NCBI GenBank assembly: GCA_964462215.1
Contig: CAYWVZ010000003.1
Location: forward strand, 8,752 to 72,751
DNA length: 64,000 bases
Direction: 5' to 3'
From: an uncultured Candidatus Saccharibacteria bacterium
GTDB lineage: Bacteria; Patescibacteriota; Saccharimonadia; Saccharimonadales; JAUPVS01
How positions within the stretch are numbered: position 1 is the stretch's first letter; each line of letters opens with the position of its first letter. Under the pieces are notes generated by a model, which saw only the letters and a program-made list of their open reading frames with translations, was not told the DNA's origin and made no database searches. Shown piece by piece: positions 45,159 to 55,706 of the stretch. The position numbers and the translations under genes were made by a program.

Positions 45159-46760
45159 TTAGCCAATCACCCGATAAATCTCATCCAAGGTGGTTTCGCC
45201 GGCCACCACCCGTAAAATACCGTCCTGCAACATGGTGTGCATGCCGCTTTTAATGGCCGCTGCCTCAATTTCTTGCGAAGAGGTGGTTTTGCCTTTCTCC
45301 AGCAAAGTCCGGATATCGCCGGTCATCATAAATTGCTCGCGCAGAGCGATCTGGCCGCTAAAACCATAGGGGTTATCCTCTGATTTGCCTGGCTTATACA
45401 GCTTAAGCCCGTCCAGGCTGGGCCGGTCGATACCCTTGGGCAGCGTGTCGATGACTTCTCTGATTTGCTTGAGGGTTGCCTCATCAGGGTCGTACGGCTG
45501 CTTGAGTTTGTCGTCCAGCTTGCGCACCAGCCGCTGGGCCATGACCAGGCGGATAGCCGAAACGAACAGCGGGTTTTCGCCGATAACGTCCATTAGGCGG
45601 GTTAGCGCCGCCGCGGCCGACGAAGCGTGAAAGGTCGACAGCACTAGATGGCCGGTCAACGCCGCTTGCAGCGATGTTTTAGCGGTGTCTGTGTCGCGGA
45701 TTTCGCCGACCATGACAATGTCGGGGTCCAACCGCAGTACCGCCCGCAGCTTGTTGGCAAAATGCGTCTCGGCGTTGTTTTGCGAAGTCACCGATATTTG
45801 GGTAATGCCGGCGAACTGGTACTCTACCGGGTCTTCGATGGTTATGATCTTGCGCTCGTCGTTGTTGAGCGAGTTCAACATGGAATATAGGGTGGTAGTT
45901 TTACCGGAGCCGGTGGGGCCGACTACCAATACCAGGCCGCTGGGCTTGTTGATAATGTCGTCTACCACCTTGCGCTGGTCGGGCGACAGCCCCAGCCGAT
46001 CCAATTGGTACATGTCCTGCTGCATATTAAACAGGCGCATCACCACGTCCATGCCGTTAATACTCTGTACCGTCTCCAGACGGACGTTGACGTCCACTTC
46101 GCTGCCGTCGGCCATGTGGATACGTTGGGCGATGTGCCCCTGCTGCGGCTCTTCAGAAGCTGTCGATATATTGCCGGCACTGGCGATCTCGGATACCAAG
46201 GAGTGATATTTGTCCGGCGGCAACTGGGCAATGGTGTGCAACACGCCGTCGATACGGAAACGGATACGCACAAAGTCCCGTTGCGTTTCCAGGTGGATGT
46301 CCGAGGCGTTCAGGTTGTGTGCCTGTTTGACCAGATAGGCCAGCGTATCGTCGGCCCGCACCTGGGTCAGCGTTGCCGAAACCGATTGCTGTAAATCTTT
46401 GGAGCCGGCCTGCTTGATGGTAATGTCCTGGTATTCTACTTTTTTAGGCGGGTCATATAGCTTCATGTATTCGCGAAAGCCGCTGTCCGAGATGAGCGCG
46501 AAACTAGTTCGTTGGTCGAGAAATTGCTGGCGCAACTTGTCGAACGTCTGCTGCGAGGTGGTGTTGGTAACACCGAACGTAATGGTATGTTCGTCGGCTT
46601 GCAGGGGGATAACTTTAAGCTGGTACAGCTCCTCTTTGGGCAGCAGGTCTTTATAGAGCGGCTTATTGGCGATTTGCGACGTGTCAATATACGCCATATT
46701 CAGTAGGCGGGCGCGGCGCAGGGTAGCCTGCTCATCATCGCGGCGAGCGTCTTGACTCAT
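45159..46760 (-). CDS. pilB: type IV pilus / type II secretion assembly ATPase (PilB/GspE family)
   Basis: T2SSE N-terminal domain, Walker A GPTGSGKTTT, Walker B/Asp box IMVGEIRD, His box GHLVLSTFH. Confidence 0.88.
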   Translation of the reverse strand: MSQDARRDDEQATLRRARLLNMAYIDTSQIANKPLYKDLLPKEELYQLKVIPLQADEHTITFGVTNTTSQQTFDKLRQQFLDQRTSFALISDSGFREYMKLYDPPKKVEYQDITIKQAGSKDLQQSVSATLTQVRADDTLAYLVKQAHNLNASDIHLETQRDFVRIRFRIDGVLHTIAQLPPDKYHSLVSEIASAGNISTASEEPQQGHIAQRIHMADGSEVDVNVRLETVQSINGMDVVMRLFNMQQDMYQLDRLGLSPDQRKVVDDIINKPSGLVLVVGPTGSGKTTTLYSMLNSLNNDERKIITIEDPVEYQFAGITQISVTSQNNAETHFANKLRAVLRLDPDIVMVGEIRDTDTAKTSLQAALTGHLVLSTFHASSAAAALTRLMDVIGENPLFVSAIRLVMAQRLVRKLDDKLKQPYDPDEATLKQIREVIDTLPKGIDRPSLDGLKLYKPGKSEDNPYGFSGQIALREQFMMTGDIRTLLEKGKTTSSQEIEAAAIKSGMHTMLQDGILRVVAGETTLDEIYRVIG

Positions 46761-46848
46761 ACCTATTAGTATAAGCGTTTTAGGCTAAAACCCCAAGGCT
46801 GTTCCCGGAGTTATGTGCCGCGGCCGTAGCGTGCGGTACAATACCGGC

Positions 46849-47370
46849 ATGCGCCCGTTAGTTTTAATCGCCCATAACGTCCGTAGCGCTCATAATGTCG
46901 GCTCATTGTTGCGGACAGCCGAAGGCTTGGGAGCCACGCAAGTTTACTTGACAGGCTACACGCCATACCCGGCCCTGCCGAAAGGGGTCGAGGATAAACG
47001 GTTGCCTCACCTGGCCGCCAAAATCGACCGCCAGATACACAAAACCGCCTTGGGGGCCGAAACCACTCAAAGCTGGCAACACAGTCCGGCTATCGAGCCG
47101 GTCTTGGCCGCGCTGCGTCAGAAAGGCTACAGCGTTGCGGCCCTGGAACAAACCAAGACGGCCCTTGCCCTGCCCGACTTCCGGCCGCCGGACAAGCTGG
47201 CGATTATCGTTGGCCGCGAGGTCGAGGGCATTGAGCCTGAAGTCCTGCAACAAGCCGATCTGCACCTGGTTATTCCTATGTCCGGGCGCAAAGAATCGTT
47301 CAACGTTACCCAGGCCGCCGCCATGGCTCTGTACCATTGCCGTTTTGCCCCGGACGTTTTGCTTGATTAA
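46849..47370 (+). CDS. SpoU/TrmH-family RNA 2'-O-methyltransferase
   Basis: NVGSLLRTAEG, IVGREVEGI and ESFNVTQAAAMALY motifs. Start lies 6 nt after TACAAT. Confidence 0.85.
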   Translation: MRPLVLIAHNVRSAHNVGSLLRTAEGLGATQVYLTGYTPYPALPKGVEDKRLPHLAAKIDRQIHKTALGAETTQSWQHSPAIEPVLAALRQKGYSVAALEQTKTALALPDFRPPDKLAIIVGREVEGIEPEVLQQADLHLVIPMSGRKESFNVTQAAAMALYHCRFAPDVLLD

Positions 47371-47391
47371 CTGCTTATGCATCTTTACAAT
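47363..47391 (+). promoter_or_regulatory. candidate promoter of the CAP-domain gene
   Basis: TTGATT-17 nt-TACAAT, with the -10 ending 8 nt before ATG 47400. Confidence 0.5.
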
Positions 47392-47399
47392 AGTGATAG

Positions 47400-48260
47400 A
47401 TGCCGATAAAAACACACAAAACTTCCCACCAAAAACACCCCAAACACTACGTCAAGGTGTACTGGCCGTATTTGCCGCTGGTTCTGATCGTAGGGTTGGC
47501 TTTGTGGCTCAGTTATCCATCGGTGGCCCGCTCCCAGCGTGAGGTTTTATCATATACCGCTAATATCAGCACCGTTGAATTGTTGCGGGCCACCAACCAG
47601 CAACGCGCCGGTAATGGTAAGCTGTCCTTGACGGCCGACCCGCAACTGACCGCCGCCGCCCAGGCCAAAGCCGACGACATGGTGGCGCGCAATTATTGGT
47701 CTCATATTACCCCTGACGGGCAGGCGCCCTGGTCATTCATTAACCAGACCGGCTATCACTACGAAAAAGCCGCCGAAAACCTGGCCTACGGCTTCAGCGA
47801 CAGCGCCGGCGTTGTCACGGGTTGGCTGAGTAGCCCCGAACACCGGGAGAACCTGTTGGCTAATGATTATAGCGAAGTTGGTTTCGGCGTCGCTCAGGCC
47901 GAAAGTTATCAGGGCAACAGTTCCGAAACCGTGGTAGTTGCGCTCTACGGCCGGCCGGCCGAAGACGGCCAACCGGCAGCCGTACTTGGTGACCAGACCC
48001 TGGCCAACCAAGAAACCAGTAAGACCGTCAGCAAGGCTCAGGCTTTGACCGGCGGCCGTTTACCGTGGATCGGCTTCTTCCTGGGCCTGCTTATCGGCGG
48101 CGGCTTGGTGTACCTGCTCTACAAGCACAGCCGGGCCGTCCACCGGGCCGTGCGCAAAGGCGAACGTTTTGTGCTTAAACACCCTGTTTGGGATGTTACT
48201 ATTTTGGCAGCTGTCGCGTTATGTCTGATCCTCAGCCAAGGCGTCGGTGTAATCCGCTAG
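47400..48260 (+). CDS. membrane-anchored CAP (SCP/PR-1-like) domain protein
   Basis: N-terminal TM helix and a CAP core (NQQRAGNG...YWSHITPDG...AENLAYGF...GWLSSPEHRENLL). Two C-terminal TM helices. Confidence 0.8.
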   Translation: MPIKTHKTSHQKHPKHYVKVYWPYLPLVLIVGLALWLSYPSVARSQREVLSYTANISTVELLRATNQQRAGNGKLSLTADPQLTAAAQAKADDMVARNYWSHITPDGQAPWSFINQTGYHYEKAAENLAYGFSDSAGVVTGWLSSPEHRENLLANDYSEVGFGVAQAESYQGNSSETVVVALYGRPAEDGQPAAVLGDQTLANQETSKTVSKAQALTGGRLPWIGFFLGLLIGGGLVYLLYKHSRAVHRAVRKGERFVLKHPVWDVTILAAVALCLILSQGVGVIR

Positions 48261-48279
48261 GCTCTTTTATATATATTGG

Positions 48280-51200
48280 TTACTGTAGTTTAAGATTGGC
48301 TTCGCCCACCAGGCTGGCTAACTGTTCCAATACAGATTGATTCCGTTCAACCCGTGTCGGCAACTTAACGATTTGTTTGTTATCGGCTGTCCCCAAGACC
48401 AGTACGACCTCGGTATCGCCCTGATTAGCGTCTATCGTTTCTTTCAAAGAAACCAGCAGCTGTTGGTTGGTGCTATCTGCCAGGCGGATATAGACCCGTT
48501 CCATGGTCGGTAGCGAAGGCTGCTGGACGGCCTGCGGCCGTCCAGCAGCGGCCGCCGCCTTGCGCGGCTTTGGCACTCGGACACTCTTGCCGGTAGCCTG
48601 GTAGGCTGCCGCCTGTTCCAGGGTAATCTCGCGGGCGTCATCCACCATGACCTTGAGTTCGTCGGTCGGACTACCGTCGCGGTTGCGGGCGTTAATTTTG
48701 CCGCGGGCTAATATTACCCGGTCCCGCTCCCAGATACCGGTAGTCTGCTGATAGGTATTAGGGAATAAGATTAGCTCCATCTCGCCATCCATATCGGCAA
48801 TTTTAATAAACGCCATGCGCTGGCCGTTTTTGGTAGTAATCTCGCGCAGGTCACTAATAATACCGGCCACCGTGACGGCCCGGCCGTCATGGTCGGTCGT
48901 AAAGGCCGTCAGCGGCATAGCTTGTTCGCGCAAAAAGGTCTCGTAGGCCTGCAAAGGGTGTTGTGAAAGATACAACCCTAGCAATTCACGCTCCCACTGC
49001 AACTGTTCGCGCACCGGGATAGCCGCCGCGGCAGCCTCCAGCGACAGTTGCGGCGTAACCACCGCCACTTCGATAGTGTCGCCAAACAGGTCGGTTTGGC
49101 CGGTATCGGTTTGCTTTTGCAGACGGTTAGCAAAAGCCAGCAGGGCGTCGATGTTGTGCAGCAGTTTACTGCGCTCTTCGAACCGGTCAAAAGCTCCGGC
49201 TTTAATTAAACTTTCCAGCCCCTTGCGGTTAACGATACGCGGACTGACTTTGCTCAAAAAGTCTTCCAGGCTGGCAAAGGTGCCGTCTACAGCCCGGGCA
49301 CGCAGGATCTCTTCGACCGCGCCGGTACCGACGTTTTTAATAGCGTTCAAGCCAAAGCGGATTTCTTGCTTATCCGGTACCACGGCGAATTCCAGGAATG
49401 ATTCATTAACGTCCGGCGGCAAGACGGCAATACCCATGTGTTTACACTCGTTAATTTCAATGGCCAAACGGTCGGTGTCGTCGTAGTCGCTGCTCATCAG
49501 TGCCGCCATAAAGGCTGCCGGGTAGCGGGCCTTGAGATAGGCTGTCTGGTAGGCAATTAGCCCGTAGCAGGCAGCGTGCGACTTGTTGAAAGCGTAGTCG
49601 GCAAAACCTTCCAGGTCTTTCCAGAATTTCTCGGCCACGGCTTGGGGAACGTCCTTGGCCAGCGCCCCCTGGATAACTTTGTCTTTCATTTTTACCATCA
49701 TGTCGCGCTTTTTCTTACCGACAGCTTTGCGCAACGTGTCCGACTCGCCGCCGGTAAAACCGCACATGTCGCGGACGATCTGCATGAACTGCTCTTGGTA
49801 GACCATGACGCCGTAGGTGTCTTTGAGCGCCGATTTCATCAGTCCGTGGTCAAAGGTGACGGCTTCGCGGCCGTTTTTACGGGCAATAAACTTATCAGTC
49901 AGACCGGCAGTCAGCGGCCCGGGCCGGTACAGTGCCCCCATGGCAATAATATCGTCAAAAACGGTCGGCTTGAGCTCCCGCAAATAACGCTTCATGCCGG
50001 ATGATTCAAACTGGAACACGCCGGTGGTATCGCCGCGCTGGAACAGCTTAAAGGTTTTGGCATCATCTAGCGGCAAGGTGTTGATGTCAATGTCTGTACC
50101 GTAGACTTTCCGGATAATACGCAAGGCGTTCTTGATAATCGTCAGGTTGGAGAGGCCCAAAAAATCCATTTTTAGCAGGCCGAGGTCTTCGATCGGGCCC
50201 ATCGAGTACTGCGTAGCCACGACGCCCTTTTGGGCCATTTCCAGCGGTGCGAATTTAACGATGTCGTCCGGCGCGATCACCACGCCGGCGGCGTGCACGC
50301 CGTGGCTGCGAATGGTGCCTTCCAGTTGGACGGCCAGGTCAAAGACCCGCTTGGATTGTTCGTTGTTCTGATACTCGGTCTTGAGGTCATTGTCTTTTTG
50401 CAGCGAGGTGGCCAGCGGGATGTGGCGCCCCTGCACCGGCGGCGGGATCATTTTGGCCAGCCGGTCGGCATCGGCGTACGGTACCTGCAGCACCCGCGCC
50501 ACATCCCGCACGGCGTTGCGCGCCGCCATCCGGCCAAACGTCACGATATTGGCCACCCGCTCGGTACCGTATTTATCGATACAGTACTGGATAACCTCAT
50601 CGCGGCGGCTATCTTGGATATCGATGTCGATGTCGGGCATGCTGATACGGTCGGGGTTCAAAAACCGTTCAAATAGCAAATCGTACTTGAGGGGGTCAAG
50701 TTCGGTAATTTTCAGCGAATAGGCAATAATCGAACCGGCCGCCGAACCGCGGCCCGGGCCGAAGACAATTCCCTTGTCTTTACCGGCGTTAATGAAGTCA
50801 GCAATAATCAGGAAGTAGCCGTTGAAATTCATGTTCTCAATAACCTCTAGCTCGAAGGCTGCCCTGTCGGCCACTTCTTTGGCGAGCGTCTTCTTGGCCT
50901 CTTTGATGTCAAGCTTGTCGGCCTTGGCCTCGTCTACGCCGCCATAGCGCCACGCCAGGCCGCGGTAGACCAGCTTCTCCAGGTACGAACGCTCGGTCTC
51001 GCCGCGGGGCACCGGAAACTTAGGGATCAGGATTTTACCAAGTTCCAGCGTAACGTTACAACGGTCAGCAATCGCCCGTGAGTTGGCAATCAACTCCGGA
51101 TAATCGGTTTCCCAGCGCTTAATCAGCTCCCTGGGGTCGGCCACATGCAATTCAAACTCTTTTAGGCTCATCCGGTTGGCATCACTCAGGTACGAGCCGG

Positions 51201-51915
51201 TCTGCACGCAAAGCAGGATTTCGTGTGCCTCTTGATCGGCGTGCTTGAGATAGTGGGCGTCCGACGTTACCACGGCCGGTATATCGAGTTCTTTAGCCAG
51301 CCGCAGCAGTTGCCGGTTGACCGCAACCTGTTCGTCCCATTTGCTGGGGTGGTCCGGGTGGCCATGGTCTTGCACCTCGATATAGTAGCGATCACCGAAC
51401 ACCGACTTATACCATTCGGCCAGTTTTTTGGCACGGTCGTATTGGTCTTGCCGCAACAGGTCACCTACCTCGCCGCCGATGCAGCCACTCAGCACAATCA
51501 GTCCTTGGTTATATTGCTCTAGCAGCTCGTGGTCAACACGCGGTTTGTAGTAATAGCCCTGCAGATTGGCAATGGTGCTCAGGCGCATCAGGTTCTGGTA
51601 GCCGGTGTTGTTCATGGCTAGCAAAGTGAGGTGATAATATTGCTTGTCTTTTTGCGGGTCTTTGTCGGTGTGGGCCCGCGGCGCTACATACGCCTCCATG
51701 CCAAACAGGGGCTTAATACCGGCCGCCTGGGCTTCGGCATAAAATTCAATCAGCCCCGACAAAGTGCCGTGGTCGGTTACTGCCACAGCCTCCATGTCGT
51801 GGCTTTTGACGTAGTCGACCAGCGCCGGTATTTTGGTTAACCCGTCGAGCAGACTATATTGCGTGTGGTTATGCAGATGCACAAAGTCACGCGGTTGCAG
51901 TGATTTTTTGGCCAT
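48280..51915 (-). CDS. dnaE: DNA polymerase III subunit alpha
   Basis: PHP domain FVHLHNHTQYSLLDG, polymerase core and OB fold, 1211 aa. Confidence 0.96.
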   Translation of the reverse strand: MAKKSLQPRDFVHLHNHTQYSLLDGLTKIPALVDYVKSHDMEAVAVTDHGTLSGLIEFYAEAQAAGIKPLFGMEAYVAPRAHTDKDPQKDKQYYHLTLLAMNNTGYQNLMRLSTIANLQGYYYKPRVDHELLEQYNQGLIVLSGCIGGEVGDLLRQDQYDRAKKLAEWYKSVFGDRYYIEVQDHGHPDHPSKWDEQVAVNRQLLRLAKELDIPAVVTSDAHYLKHADQEAHEILLCVQTGSYLSDANRMSLKEFELHVADPRELIKRWETDYPELIANSRAIADRCNVTLELGKILIPKFPVPRGETERSYLEKLVYRGLAWRYGGVDEAKADKLDIKEAKKTLAKEVADRAAFELEVIENMNFNGYFLIIADFINAGKDKGIVFGPGRGSAAGSIIAYSLKITELDPLKYDLLFERFLNPDRISMPDIDIDIQDSRRDEVIQYCIDKYGTERVANIVTFGRMAARNAVRDVARVLQVPYADADRLAKMIPPPVQGRHIPLATSLQKDNDLKTEYQNNEQSKRVFDLAVQLEGTIRSHGVHAAGVVIAPDDIVKFAPLEMAQKGVVATQYSMGPIEDLGLLKMDFLGLSNLTIIKNALRIIRKVYGTDIDINTLPLDDAKTFKLFQRGDTTGVFQFESSGMKRYLRELKPTVFDDIIAMGALYRPGPLTAGLTDKFIARKNGREAVTFDHGLMKSALKDTYGVMVYQEQFMQIVRDMCGFTGGESDTLRKAVGKKKRDMMVKMKDKVIQGALAKDVPQAVAEKFWKDLEGFADYAFNKSHAACYGLIAYQTAYLKARYPAAFMAALMSSDYDDTDRLAIEINECKHMGIAVLPPDVNESFLEFAVVPDKQEIRFGLNAIKNVGTGAVEEILRARAVDGTFASLEDFLSKVSPRIVNRKGLESLIKAGAFDRFEERSKLLHNIDALLAFANRLQKQTDTGQTDLFGDTIEVAVVTPQLSLEAAAAAIPVREQLQWERELLGLYLSQHPLQAYETFLREQAMPLTAFTTDHDGRAVTVAGIISDLREITTKNGQRMAFIKIADMDGEMELILFPNTYQQTTGIWERDRVILARGKINARNRDGSPTDELKVMVDDAREITLEQAAAYQATGKSVRVPKPRKAAAAAGRPQAVQQPSLPTMERVYIRLADSTNQQLLVSLKETIDANQGDTEVVLVLGTADNKQIVKLPTRVERNQSVLEQLASLVGEANLKLQ

Positions 51916-51969
51916 ACCCTCTACCGTATTACATCATATAGTATAAGGGATGAGCGCCTGCGGCGCGAG

Positions 51970-52377
51970 TTATTTTGCCTCTTTGTTGAGATAGGTTTTG
52001 AGATGCTTAATCGCTTCGCCGGCTTCTTTGATGGCTTTATCGAGGTCTTTATCGTCGGCGTCGCCTTCGTGCAGGGCAGACAGTACTTCGCGGACCTTCT
52101 CTTTGGCGTCAACGGCCGTGGCCACAGCTTTATCCCACTCATCGCGGGCTTTATCACTCATTTTATCGGCAGCTTTACGGCCCTTTTCGATCAAATCTTC
52201 GAGGTCGCTGTATAGTTCCTTGAGCCGTTTTTCGGCTTCGCGTTTGGTTTTGACGGCTACTTCTTTGATGTCTTCGCGGGTCTCTTTACCGCTTTTTGGC
52301 GCCGTTAGGATACCGGCGATATAGCCGGCGGCACCGGCAACTAAAGCGCCGATGGCAAAATTCTTACCTTTACCCAT
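51970..52377 (-). CDS. YtxH-domain protein
   Basis: GALVAGAAGYIAGILTAPKSGKETRED signature followed by a charged helical region. Confidence 0.8.
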   Translation of the reverse strand: MGKGKNFAIGALVAGAAGYIAGILTAPKSGKETREDIKEVAVKTKREAEKRLKELYSDLEDLIEKGRKAADKMSDKARDEWDKAVATAVDAKEKVREVLSALHEGDADDKDLDKAIKEAGEAIKHLKTYLNKEAK

Positions 52378-52642
52378 TTTTACCCCCTCTACCTTTTCGC
52401 GTTATCATGTCGGTAATATTACCGATTAAGCGGCCGATGGCTACCGGTGCCGCCGCCTGTTCGAAGAACTCGGTCACGGCCTCGGCCTTGTCGGCGATCT
52501 GTTCGGCTTTTTGGGTGATATGCTTGATGCCATTGGCGACTTGGATAAGTTTAATGATCAGCACAATACCAAGAATCAAAAAGATGGCCAGGGTAGCGGA
52601 CAGGACGATAACGAGGATTTTCAGGCTTAGGTCTGCACTCAT
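52370..52642 (-). CDS. DUF948-like small membrane protein
   Basis: Single N-terminal TM helix plus a helical tail. The pairing with YtxH is typical. Confidence 0.6.
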   Translation of the reverse strand: MSADLSLKILVIVLSATLAIFLILGIVLIIKLIQVANGIKHITQKAEQIADKAEAVTEFFEQAAAPVAIGRLIGNITDMITRKGRGGKNG

Positions 52643-52656
52643 ATAGGTAGTATACC

Positions 52657-53556
52657 TTATTCGTCAACTTTTAGGCTACGGAGATATTCGCGAAAGGCCG
52701 TACCGATTTGCGGATGCTCGCACGCAAAGTCAACAACTGTTTTGAGATACTCAAGTTTATTGCCGGTGTCGTAGTAGCGGCTGTCCTGCAGCTCGCAGCC
52801 GAACAATGCCTTGCCGTCGCGGATCATTGGTTCCAGCGCATAGGTTGTCAGGTAGAATTCGTGGTCTTCGGATAGGCTGGCTTTACCGCGCTCAATGTAT
52901 TCGAAGATATCCGGCGTCAGCAGATAGCCGCCGACACTGGCGAAGTTGGACGGCGCTTGTTCTTTGCCGGGCTTTTCGACCAGCCCGCGCATACGGATAA
53001 CATCCGGCCGGACCGCCTCGCCTTCGACAACGCCATAGCGTTTATACTCTTCGTCTTTGTTGAGCTTGATACAGGGCAGAATAATGCCACCGAGTTCTTC
53101 GTGCAGATCAATCATCTGCTTAAACCGATTAGGCCGGGAAACAATCAGGTCATCGGCAAAGGTGTAGATGAATGGCTCGTTGCCGATCAGGTGGGCCGCA
53201 TTCATGACCGGCGTAGCACTGCCGTAGGGGCCCTTCTGCCGGATGTAAGCAAAGTTGGCCAGGTCGGAAATATGCTTGGTGGCTTCGAGCAGTTCAATTT
53301 TGCCGCCCTGCTTAAGGTTGGCGCGCAGGTCGGCGCTGATGTAATCGAAATGGTCTTCGATGGAGCGTTTATGGTAGCCGGTTACAATGACGATGTCCTC
53401 GATGCCGGCGTCGGCCAGCTCCTCGACAATATATTGGATAATCGGTTTGTCGACCAGCGGCAACATTTCTTTGGGCATGGCCTTGGTTTGCGGCAAGAAG
53501 CGCGTACCGAAGCCGGCGGCAGCAATGACAGCTTTGCGGACAGGTGTAGTACTCAT
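52657..53556 (-). CDS. galU: UTP--glucose-1-phosphate uridylyltransferase
   Basis: AAGFGTRFLPQTKAMPKEMLPLVDKP motif. Start ATG 53556 lies 7 nt after TACAAT. Confidence 0.9.
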   Translation of the reverse strand: MSTTPVRKAVIAAAGFGTRFLPQTKAMPKEMLPLVDKPIIQYIVEELADAGIEDIVIVTGYHKRSIEDHFDYISADLRANLKQGGKIELLEATKHISDLANFAYIRQKGPYGSATPVMNAAHLIGNEPFIYTFADDLIVSRPNRFKQMIDLHEELGGIILPCIKLNKDEEYKRYGVVEGEAVRPDVIRMRGLVEKPGKEQAPSNFASVGGYLLTPDIFEYIERGKASLSEDHEFYLTTYALEPMIRDGKALFGCELQDSRYYDTGNKLEYLKTVVDFACEHPQIGTAFREYLRSLKVDE

Positions 53557-53608
53557 TAGTACCATTGTATCAAATTTGTGTATTTTGGTTATGGTATTCT
53601 TTATATAG

Positions 53609-54226
53609 ATGGCTCATGCAAAACTTTTTTCGGGCACCCGACCTTCCACCCTGGTTCAGCTGGTCGCTCTGACGGCAGCCGTATCGGCCATAACTACAGG
53701 TATCGCCTTTGGGTTGATTGCTCATATTCAAAACCGGCCGGCAACCGGTTTTGACGATGCCTTCGGCCTCCTGATATTCGAACCGCTGTTCATCGTAGTG
53801 CTGGCCATAGCTGCTACCTGCCTTTGCAGCTGGGCGTTTGCCTATCGTCACCTCCCCCGGGCCGGCTATATAAGTATCTTCGGTGCCGGCAGCACATCTG
53901 TCGTCGTCTTCGGGTTGAGCTTCTGGTTGTTGGCGTTCTTCGGTGCGCCGATCGATACGATGTCCCCGGTGTCAATCATGATGACGGTGTTTGTGGCATC
54001 CATGGCCGCAGCTGTGCCGATCGGCGGGTTATTTTACCTGGTAATCATAGGGGCTTTGTCGCGGACCCAAAAGCCGGCGGCATTAACCGTAGTGGCAATT
54101 AGCCTTGCGGTGGGTGCGATCGTGCTGGGCGGAATATTTCTTTTTGCGGCCGGCAACCGGTTTGTGCAGAGCGGCTTGCAGGCCGAAGAAGCGGGCTCCC
54201 AATACCAGCTGAAGCCGCGCTACTAG
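53609..54226 (+). CDS. polytopic membrane protein (205 aa), function unknown
   Basis: About 5 hydrophobic helices. TGGTATTCT lies 8 nt upstream of the ATG. Confidence 0.6.
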   Translation: MAHAKLFSGTRPSTLVQLVALTAAVSAITTGIAFGLIAHIQNRPATGFDDAFGLLIFEPLFIVVLAIAATCLCSWAFAYRHLPRAGYISIFGAGSTSVVVFGLSFWLLAFFGAPIDTMSPVSIMMTVFVASMAAAVPIGGLFYLVIIGALSRTQKPAALTVVAISLAVGAIVLGGIFLFAAGNRFVQSGLQAEEAGSQYQLKPRY

Positions 54227-54233
54227 CTTGCGG

Positions 54234-55706
54234 CTAGGCACCCAGCTGTTTGCGGATATGTTGCTGGGCGATTTGCGGGTTGGCCTGGCCTTTGGATTGT
54301 TTCATGACTTGACCAACCAAGAAGCCGATAGCTTTGGTTTCGCCATTTTTAACGTCTTCGGCAGCTTTGGGGTTATCAGCCAATACCTGCTTGACGATTG
54401 CCTCGATGGCGCCTTCGTCGGATTCCTGCACCAGGCCCTGTTCTTCGGCATATTTTTCTATGCTTGCTGGTAGTTTTTCGTTCTCGGCCAGTTGGGTAAA
54501 GAGTAACTTGGCGTTGGTGGAACTAAGTTTGTTGGACTTAACCAGCTCATACAGAGTGGTTTGAAGCTGTAAGTGGGCATTGTCTTTGAGTTTGAACGTA
54601 TCCTCGCGGACCAGCGGGATCATAACGTTAACGTTCCAGTTAGCCAGGAACTTGGCCAGGTCGGGATTGTCGAGGTTTTGTTCGATTAGTTCCAGATACG
54701 TCAGATGAGGTGTTTCGACCTCGGCTTCCAGTAATGTGTCGATGTGAGCCTGGTCGATACCAAGTTTTTGTAGGCGCTTGCGCCATTCGCCCGGCATGAC
54801 CGGCATAATCTCGCGCAGCGGCTTGACTATGTTAGCGGTTAGCTCAAGCGGCGGCACGTCGGGTTCGGGCATGTAGCGGTAGTCATGGGCCTCCTCTTTA
54901 CTGCGTTGCGGCACGGTTTTTTGTTTGGCTTCGTCCCAGCCGCGGGTTTCTTGAACGATTTTTTCGCCCTTTTCGAGCCGTTCGATCTGCCGGTCGGTTT
55001 CGTACTCAATGGCCCGCTCGACGCTGCGGAAGCTGTTAAGGTTTTTGGTTTCGGTACGGGTGCCGAGTGTGCCCGGGTCTTTACTGACGCTGACGTTAAC
55101 GTCGAAGCGCATGTTGCCGTAATACAGGTTAGCGTCCGAGACATCGGCGTAGCGCATCAGCAGATACAACTCTTTAGCATAGATGCGGGCTTCGGCGGCG
55201 CTGTGCATGTCAGGTTCCGAGACGATTTCAAGCAGCGGCGTGCCGGCACGGTTAAGGTCAACCAGGCTGTAATCCTTGCCGGCCGGATGAGTCGACTTGC
55301 CGGCGTCGGCTTCCAGGTGGGCTTCGCGGATGCGAATAGTTTTTTCTTGACCGTCAACGGTAATGGTGACCGAACCGTCGCGGATGATCGGATTGTAGAA
55401 CTGGGTTATTTGGTAGCCCATCGGCAAGTCGGGGTAAAAGTAGTGTTTGCGGTCGAACTTACTGAACGACTGCGGCTCGGTGTTCAAAGCTAACGCCGCT
55501 CGCGCCGCCAGCTCTACGGCTTTTTCGTTCAGTACCGGCAGCGCTCCGGGCATTCCTAAGTCGATGTGGCTGATCAAGGTGTTCGGCGGCGCTTCGCGGG
55601 CATCGTTGCCGACGGCCGAAAACAATTTTGTCACGGTCTTGAGTTGCACGTGGCACTCAATCCCAACAGCGAGGCTGTATTGTTTTCGGACGTCGGCAGC
55701 TATCAT
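54234..55706 (-). CDS. gatB: Asp-tRNA(Asn)/Glu-tRNA(Gln) amidotransferase subunit B
   Basis: Full-length GatB similarity (GIECHVQL..., YFYPDLP, C-terminal YqeY-like domain). Confidence 0.95.
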   Translation of the reverse strand: MIAADVRKQYSLAVGIECHVQLKTVTKLFSAVGNDAREAPPNTLISHIDLGMPGALPVLNEKAVELAARAALALNTEPQSFSKFDRKHYFYPDLPMGYQITQFYNPIIRDGSVTITVDGQEKTIRIREAHLEADAGKSTHPAGKDYSLVDLNRAGTPLLEIVSEPDMHSAAEARIYAKELYLLMRYADVSDANLYYGNMRFDVNVSVSKDPGTLGTRTETKNLNSFRSVERAIEYETDRQIERLEKGEKIVQETRGWDEAKQKTVPQRSKEEAHDYRYMPEPDVPPLELTANIVKPLREIMPVMPGEWRKRLQKLGIDQAHIDTLLEAEVETPHLTYLELIEQNLDNPDLAKFLANWNVNVMIPLVREDTFKLKDNAHLQLQTTLYELVKSNKLSSTNAKLLFTQLAENEKLPASIEKYAEEQGLVQESDEGAIEAIVKQVLADNPKAAEDVKNGETKAIGFLVGQVMKQSKGQANPQIAQQHIRKQLGA

